A DNA stretch of 52,355 bases, the filler included, from Jimgerdemannia flammicorona (taxonomy: Eukaryota): assembly GCA_003990765.1 (NCBI GenBank). It is 2 parts of 2 records of this genome, joined end to end, with 100 filler letters (N's around TTAATTAATTAA, not from the genome) between each part and the next. Parts side by side here need not be neighbours in the genome. Positions count along the whole stretch, not along the records: positions 26,231 to 52,355 come from RBNJ01000759.1; 1 more part is not named here. One strand, 5' to 3'. The notes under the pieces are model-generated. The model had not been told where the DNA came from, ran no database searches, and was given only the letters and a program-made list of their open reading frames with translations. The position numbers and the translations under genes were made by a program. This document shows, piece after piece, positions 46,101-52,355 of this stretch (its first letter is position 1; every line of letters starts with the position of its first letter).

Positions 46101-46807
46101 AAACACCTCTGTCCCAAAAGACCCCAGTGATCTGACCACAGATACTATTCCACCTCTAGCACCTTCCAAACATTACGGCCCCAACAGTCAGCCATCAGAA
46201 TCCAGTCAATTCTTATCCCCAGCCCTCCAGCCCAATGCATATATACCTTCTTGTCCCCCCAGTACTCCCTACCAGCATCCACCAGTGCTCCTAGCCTTTC
46301 AACCTCCTCCCATATTGCCAGCCCCCCACTCCTGCTCTCAGCACCCCGTCCTCCATCAGTTCTATCCAGCTATATATCTCGAATCATATTGAAATCTCCT
46401 CCAAGCATATCCAACCCAGCTTCAGCAAGGATCCCACTCTCCAGGAGCCCTTTCACCCAATCCACATGCTCTGCCTGCACAGTAGGGCAGTAATAGGAGC
46501 CAACAGTAACTGGCTCCCAACTGGCACAAATCCACTCACCCCAGACCAGTCTCTCCCCCCAGCTCCTCACATCCCTTATCTCCCCTCTGCCTTTCCTAAC
46601 CAGAATCCCGACCTTGCCATTCCAAATCGCCCTGCCACCCCATTTCTTAGTCCATTCCATCCTATCAGAATCATCCTCGCACCTGACATTCTGCAAGAGG
46701 AAGAGATCGGCCTCCAATTCCTTCAACCAAATAAAAATGTTCCTGCACCTAACTGTGCCCCTTAGCCTATTGATGTTCAAAGAAAAAATGTTGGTTGTAC
46801 TGTTCAT
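43151..46807 (-). pseudogene. LINE F ORF2 (EN-RT-CCHC, ~1218 aa), nonsense mutations only
   Basis: All seven listed minus-strand ORF2 segments between 43151 and 46834 lie in one frame. Motifs GDFN, PGEDG, LDQEKAYD, GVPQGDPLSP, FADD, CEEC..H. Confidence 0.95.
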
Positions 46808-46837
46808 AATAAAATACTGTTTGTTCTCAATCAATCC

Positions 46838-48868
46838 CTACTGCTCCATGCCTATCCCCTCCTGTGCCATGTCCAGATTATGTTCAGCCATCACCTCCTC
46901 CTCTTCAGCCCTCTGAGTCTCCAATCTAGCCAACAGCTCATTCATCTCCTCATCAGCCTTCTCCTCAAACTCCTCTCTGTACTCGATGCAAGCCTCCTGC
47001 CAAAGCTGCAACCCATGATGCCTGTTCCAACAGTACTCAGCCTTCTCCCCAGTGACAACTGCCAACTCTGCCTCCCTCTCCTTGTCTACCTCATACCCTT
47101 CCTCCTCCAGATACACTGTGAGAATTTCCACCTTCAGCGCCATTGCCACTCCTTCCCCCTGCAGAATTCGTGTCCAGTGCTCATCACTCATCCCTTGCAA
47201 GTCCACCTCTCCCAGCTCTTCCGCCACCAGGTTATTCATCATCTGGTACATCCAAAGTAGGTTCCCCACCTCCTTCCTGCCAGGGGTCGCCAGCCTCCCT
47301 CCATCCAGCATCGTGGTGTCAGCTCCGGCACTTGCGTCCTCATCCCACACCTCCGGGACATCCACCAGTTCCTCCTCCCCAGCCGCCACTTCTTGGTCCC
47401 CATTCATTATCTCCAGAACACTGAATTTCACCTGCTGGGTCCCCAGCATCATCACGTCCTCCCCAGACTTGTTTCTGGAAGCCGGGCTATGTCTGATAAG
47501 AGGGGAAGGGGTGGGGGAGTTCTCCCAGACTTCATCCCAAACCTCCAAGGTGCCATCAGCATATGGGTTGCTAATCCTCACCTCTTTTGCCTTCCCTGCC
47601 TTCACCCCATTATTCCCACTCCTCTCACCAGCCCAGACACTCGCTCTGGCCCCTTCTGCACCCAGCTTCATGCTCTCATCCTTCGGTAATCTACCCCCCA
47701 GTTTAGCCAGCAGATCCTTCTGCCTCTTCTGCCCCTGAGCCCTTTCCCACTGCACCTTGTCCACTCGAATCCTCTTTCCATCCACCACCTTCAGGTACGT
47801 CAACTTCTCAAAAGTCTTCCAGGCCTTAGCTCGCCACTCCACAGCCCCATCCAGTTCTTCCAGCACTTCCAATAAATCTTCCTCCTCTTCTTCACTTCCT
47901 TTCACCCACGTCACCTTGCACAGGAATGCTCCCCACACCATCACTGAAGGCCAGTCCCTCACCTTCCCAGTAGCCTCTTTCCCAGCCAGCCGAATTCTCA
48001 TGTCCACATCTCCAGTCCTGAGCATGGTCCCTTCCCAGACCCTGAATCCAATATCCACTACCTCCCCGTACTCCGCCATGACATCCTCTACTCTCTTCCT
48101 CATCTCCATCATTGTCACCATGGGTACTCCTTTTATCAACAATTGGACCACCCTCAGATCCCATTTCAAACACCTCGCCATCGGAACACACACCTCCCCA
48201 ACCACCAACCCAACCTTCAGTGCCTCCTCCAGCGGTTCAACCTCCTCAAAACCCACCTCCACCCCCTCCAGCCCTTTCAGAAACTTCACCGAAGCTGCTC
48301 CTGCCACCTGCTTAGCGATAAGCCCCAACACCATTTTCACCATCACTGCTAATCCCCAGAAGCACAGCATGACTGCGAATACCGAGATTGACTTCTTGAG
48401 TAACAGAGCTACCGCCAGTTCTGTTACACCATCTGCCAGGTCCCCAGGCCTCATGCCCTTCCCACCGCTTGGCTCACTATCAGCAGTCCCATCTAGATTT
48501 TTTTCCAGATCGCCTGTCACACCCCCATCAGCAGTCCCTGCCCCAGCTGCTACCCCCCCAGCTCCACTCCTATGGCCCTCCAGAGAGGTACCCCCAAGAG
48601 GTTGCTGCCTGGTAGTCTTCACCGGTACCTTCCCCCCTCTCAGCCAGCTCTCCAGTCCAGCTCCCTGCCGACCCCCCTTCACCTTCTCTGCAAAGCTCAC
48701 TCTGTCAGACCCTTGACCTCCAGCTCCACCCCTTCCTCCACCACAGCCTCCCGCCAGCAGGCCCCTCATACTTCCCCCGAAGCCAGGGTCTCTCCCAACT
48801 TGCTGCCATTCAAATGCTCCAGGGCCACCCTGCCCAGTATGCATCTCCGGATGCTCGTTGGTTGCCAT
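46838..48868 (-). CDS. LINE F ORF1 protein, open 676 aa
   Basis: Uninterrupted ORF collinear with the ORF1 relics of B, C, D, E and G. Lies between the short 5' UTR and ORF2. Confidence 0.92.
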   Translation of the reverse strand: MATNEHPEMHTGQGGPGAFEWQQVGRDPGFGGSMRGLLAGGCGGGRGGAGGQGSDRVSFAEKVKGGRQGAGLESWLRGGKVPVKTTRQQPLGGTSLEGHRSGAGGVAAGAGTADGGVTGDLEKNLDGTADSEPSGGKGMRPGDLADGVTELAVALLLKKSISVFAVMLCFWGLAVMVKMVLGLIAKQVAGAASVKFLKGLEGVEVGFEEVEPLEEALKVGLVVGEVCVPMARCLKWDLRVVQLLIKGVPMVTMMEMRKRVEDVMAEYGEVVDIGFRVWEGTMLRTGDVDMRIRLAGKEATGKVRDWPSVMVWGAFLCKVTWVKGSEEEEEDLLEVLEELDGAVEWRAKAWKTFEKLTYLKVVDGKRIRVDKVQWERAQGQKRQKDLLAKLGGRLPKDESMKLGAEGARASVWAGERSGNNGVKAGKAKEVRISNPYADGTLEVWDEVWENSPTPSPLIRHSPASRNKSGEDVMMLGTQQVKFSVLEIMNGDQEVAAGEEELVDVPEVWDEDASAGADTTMLDGGRLATPGRKEVGNLLWMYQMMNNLVAEELGEVDLQGMSDEHWTRILQGEGVAMALKVEILTVYLEEEGYEVDKEREAELAVVTGEKAEYCWNRHHGLQLWQEACIEYREEFEEKADEEMNELLARLETQRAEEEEVMAEHNLDMAQEGIGMEQ

Positions 48869-48952
48869 AATACTAGTAGCTTTTCTCCAGAAACTGTGTC
48901 GAAAGTGTTGCCAAAGGATCGTGTAACCTGAATGTTACTGGAGAAAGGATGC

Positions 48953-50208
48953 CCTGGGCATCTTTCTCTTGGTATATGGTTCTGTCTTATCACAGGTGTG
49001 GTGGGAGAAGAGGGTAGCCATGTGAGGGGAGGCTCTGAGGTGCTGGGGAGGTCACCACATCTCCCTAGCAGGCCAGGTATTGATTCTGAATGTCTACTGT
49101 TTCCCAAGCTGTGGTATGTTGCTTATCATTTAAACTTTCCAGCTTGGGTGGTGAAAAGACTGATGAAACTGGCTAGGGATTGGATTTGGGTAGGAGGGCG
49201 GTCCCAGATTGGTTGGGACACTCTGGTAATACTGGTGATTCAGAGAGGGCTTGGACTAGTGGACCTTCCTAAGTAGCTGCATTGTCTGCGAGCTTGGTGG
49301 TTGTAAAGGGCAGTGGAATTGAGGGGAGAGGGCTGGGTATCTCTGATGCAGAAGGTGTGGGAGATGAGATTCTCCCCAAGAGGATCCTCAGGTGATTTAC
49401 TATCTCTGGTGGGTCTGGATGGAAGCCAATGGCTATGGTATAAGGGCTGCTGGTGGGGAGTGGTGGATGGAGCACACCGGATAGGCCTGCACTGGTGAAG
49501 CAATGAAGGGGAGATGCTGTGGGGCCCAGCAATGTGGCAGTGGGACCGACTGCTTCTGGGGGGTGTTTCACTTGCTGAGTTTGATATTGGTGATGGAGTG
49601 GAATGTCAGTGGGGTCTTGGACAGGATCCGTGGCCAAGTAGCTGGCAGGCAGTGGGGATCAATGAGAAGAGGGACTGGGCAGGAATCTGGTCATAGAGTG
49701 CTGAGGTGCAGAGGTGGCTTCCCCCAAAGTTCTGGGTAGTATGGTGGAGGATGTTGTGGAGGAATATCATGTTGAATTTCCATGCTGGCCATTTGGTGGA
49801 TGGTGGTCAATTGAATTGTGAGGAGTATTATAATGTTGGGCAAGTTGAGGGTTTTGTGCAGACATTGGAACATTGGCTGAGAGAGTGTGAGGCGCTGGGG
49901 GACTTTTGGTTAGCAGTTGGGACTAGGTTGGGTGTGGCAAGGAGGCCAGATGGAGAGAGAGAGTAGTGAGAGGATCTGAAATCTAGGTTAGCGGGAGGTG
50001 TAGGCAGTGGATGGCTCACTGTAGGATGGGTTTTAGCTGTATAGGGCTGGCTGGACATTGGCTCTTTGTTTTTGAGGAGAGGTGGCAGTTGAGTATACAG
50101 ATGAAGTTGTTGAGATAGGAGGGGTTGATGGGAGATCTGTTGACTGAGTGGTGGGTTGGTTGGGGGCCCCAGGGTGGGCAACATCATCAGTTGGTAGAAG
50201 GGATCTGT
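48953..50208 (+). mobile_element. LINE fragment H: 5'-truncated ORF2 3' portion, interrupted near its end by G
   Basis: Collinear with B ~5103-6367 (LGIFL, FPKLWYVAYHL, CEEY..EHWL, GWGPQGG). Confidence 0.9.
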
Positions 50209-52204
50209 GGACATCTTTCTCTGGAACCATTCAGGTTACACAACCTTTGGAAGGCACTTACAACATCGTTTTTGGAGAAAAGAGACTAACAACATAGTGA
50301 CTGACAGGCAATCTGAGGTGTGTACTAGGCAGGGCAGCCCAAGCGCTATCAAATGGCAGCAGGTGGAGAGGGGCCTGGGCCTGGGGGGGGTATGAGGGGG
50401 CTGCTGGCAGGAGGATGCAGAAGAGGTGGAGGTATTGGTGGCAGACAAAGGTCTGGGAGAGTGAGCTTTGCAGAGACGGTGAAGGGGAGGCAGCAGGTAT
50501 CAGGGCTGGAGGGTTGGCTGAGGAGGGGCAAGGAGACCGAGAAGGCAGTGGCATGTGGGGGAGTAGCCCTTGGAAAGGGGGGCAGTGGAGCTGGGGGAGT
50601 AGCAGCTGGGAGGAGTGTGACTGCTGATAGCGACAAAACTGCCAATCTGGAAAAAAATCCAGATGTGATAGCTGTTGGTGAGGCTGAGCAGCTGAGGCTT
50701 GGAAGACAAGGAGATTTGGTGGATAGCGTGACAGGCCTGGTGGTGGCCCTGTTACTCAAAAAATCTATCTCGGCATTTGCGGTTACACTGTGCTTCCAAG
50801 GCTTAGCGGTGACAGTGAAAATGGTGCTGGGGCTTATCGCTAAGCAGGTGGCAGGAGCCATGTCAGTGAAGTTTTTGAAGGGACTGGAGGGTGTGGAGGT
50901 GGGTTTTGAGGAGGCTGAGCCACTGGAGGAGGCATTGAAGGTTGGGTTGGTGGTTGGGGAGGTGTGTGTTCCGATGGCGAGGTGTCTGAAATGGGATCCG
51001 AGGGTGGTCCAACTGCTGGTAAAAGGAGTGCCCACAGTGATAGCGATGGAGACAAGAAAGAGAGTTGAGGATGTCATGGTGGAGTATGGAGAGGTGGTGG
51101 ATATCAGATTCAGGGTCTGGGAAGGGACTTCACTCAGAACTGGGGACATGGATGTGAGGATTTGGCTGGCTGGGAAAGAAGCTACTGGGAAGGCAAGGGA
51201 CTAGCCTTCAGTAATGGTCTGGGGAGTGATCTTGTACAAGATGATAAGGGTGAAAGGTAGTAAAGAGGAGGAAGAGGATTTATTGGAAGCACTGGAAGAA
51301 TTGGATGGTGCTGTAGAGCAGCGAGCAAAGGCTTGGAAGGCTTTCGTGGAGTTGACACACCTGGAGGTGGTGGATGGAAAGAGAATTCAAGTCGACAAGG
51401 TACAGTGGGAAAGAGCTCAGGAGTGTAAGAGACAGAAGGATCTGCTGGCTATACTGGAGAGCAGACCACAGGAGGATGTGAGTAAGATGACGGGTGTGAA
51501 AGGGGCCAAAGCAAGTATCTGGGCTGGCGAGAAGAGTGGGAATGCCAGGGAGGAGACAGGGAAGGTGAAGGAGGTGAAGATTATTGACCCATATGCTGAT
51601 GGCACCTTGGAGGTTTGGGATGAGGTCTGGGAGGATTCCCCCACTCCTTCTCCTCTTATCAGGTGAGGCCCAGCTTCCAGAAACAAGATAGTGGAGGATG
51701 TGACAATGCTGGGGACCCATCGGGTGAAATTCAGCATTCCAGAGGTGATGAATGGGGGACATGTGGTGGCGGCTGGGGAGGAGGAACTGGTGGATGTCCT
51801 GGAGGTATGGGATGAGGCTGTGAGAGATGGAGCCAATACCACAATGCTGGATGGAGTGAGGCCAGTGACCCCTGGAGGGAAGGAGGTGGGGAACCTACTT
51901 TGGATGTGCAGGATGATGAATAACCTGGTGGCAGAAGAGTTGGGGGAGGTGGACTTATGAGTGATGGGGGATGAGCACTGGGTGTGGATTTTGCAAGGGG
52001 ATGGAGTGATGATGGCACTGAAGGCAGAAATTCTTGTAGTGTATCTAGAGGAGGAAGGGTATGAGGTGGACAAGGAGCAGGAGGTGGAGATGGTGGTTGT
52101 TGCTGGGGAGAGGGCTGAGTACTGTTGGAACAAGCGACATAGATTGCAGCTTTGGCAGGAGGCTTGCATTGAGTACCGGGAGGAGTTTGAGGAGAAGGCA
52201 GATG
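50209..52204 (+). mobile_element. LINE copy G: 5' end and nearly all of ORF1 (ATG->ATA at 50294, stops, one frameshift), nested in H
   Basis: 5' motif CATCTTTCTCTGGAACCATTCAGGTTACAC. ORFs 50353-51204, 51214-51666, 51691-51960 and 51961-52221 are collinear with F ORF1. Confidence 0.93.
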
Positions 52205-52355
52205 TGGGGAGAGGCTGGTAGGGAGGCGGGGAGGAAGAGAAGGAGGCGCACGAGGTGTGCTTCCAGTAGGCTGAGGAGACTGCGAGTTGACTGGGCAGAT
52301 TTGCTCGCTATTGTAGGGGTGGAGGATTGGAGGTTGGAGAGGGTGAAACTGGAGA
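52205..52355 (+). mobile_element. LINE fragment I: ORF2 post-endonuclease linker, running off the window
   Basis: WGEAGREAGRKRRRRTRCASSRLRRLRVDW..EDWRLERVKLE aligns to B 3684-3835. Confidence 0.85.

Larger units (their letters stand above)
43069..48952 (-). mobile_element. LINE copy F: full-length, best-preserved copy
   Basis: Poly(T) 43069-43088, terminus AGTCCAAGGGACTAT, AATAAA, ORF2, intact ORF1, 5' motif CATCCTTTCTCCAGTAACATTCAGGTTACAC. Confidence 0.97.

Noticed and set aside
46808..46840. Stop-codon readthrough fusing ORF1 and ORF2 (same frame, single TAG in F)
   Set aside because: The spacer is 30 nt in F but 32 nt in B and E, so the frame is not conserved.
47052..48716. Long antisense Ser/Pro/Thr-rich ORFs over LINE ORF1 (also 24658-25818, 50349-51149, 5282-6214)
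   Set aside because: Expected by-product of a C-rich antisense strand with few stops. Boundaries differ between copies.

Overview
This is a eukaryotic, almost certainly fungal-type, repeat-dense window made of nested retrotransposons. An artificial N-TTAATTAATTAA-N linker at 26131-26230 splits it into two contigs that need not be adjacent. It holds nine copies or fragments (labelled A-I) of a G-rich non-LTR retrotransposon family of the L1/Tx1 type. Full copies carry ORF1, an APE-endonuclease/RT/CCHC ORF2, conserved 5' and 3' termini and a poly(A) tail. It also holds a nest of four Ty3/gypsy LTR elements (X, Y, Z, W). Y and Z encode a trimeric-type dUTPase immediately after the Gag zinc knuckle (upstream of the protease in Z) and share an unrecognised coding domain upstream of Gag. 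The long LTRs of Z and W contain protein-coding relics. All repeats show C->T/G->A hypermutation, strongest at CpG and extending to CpA/TpG, in an age-graded way. The only apparent host sequence is a CpG-retaining island with the 3' end of an unidentified gene at 26231-26530. No rRNA, tRNA or CRISPR was seen. All translations and alignments were done by eye, and no database searches were run.
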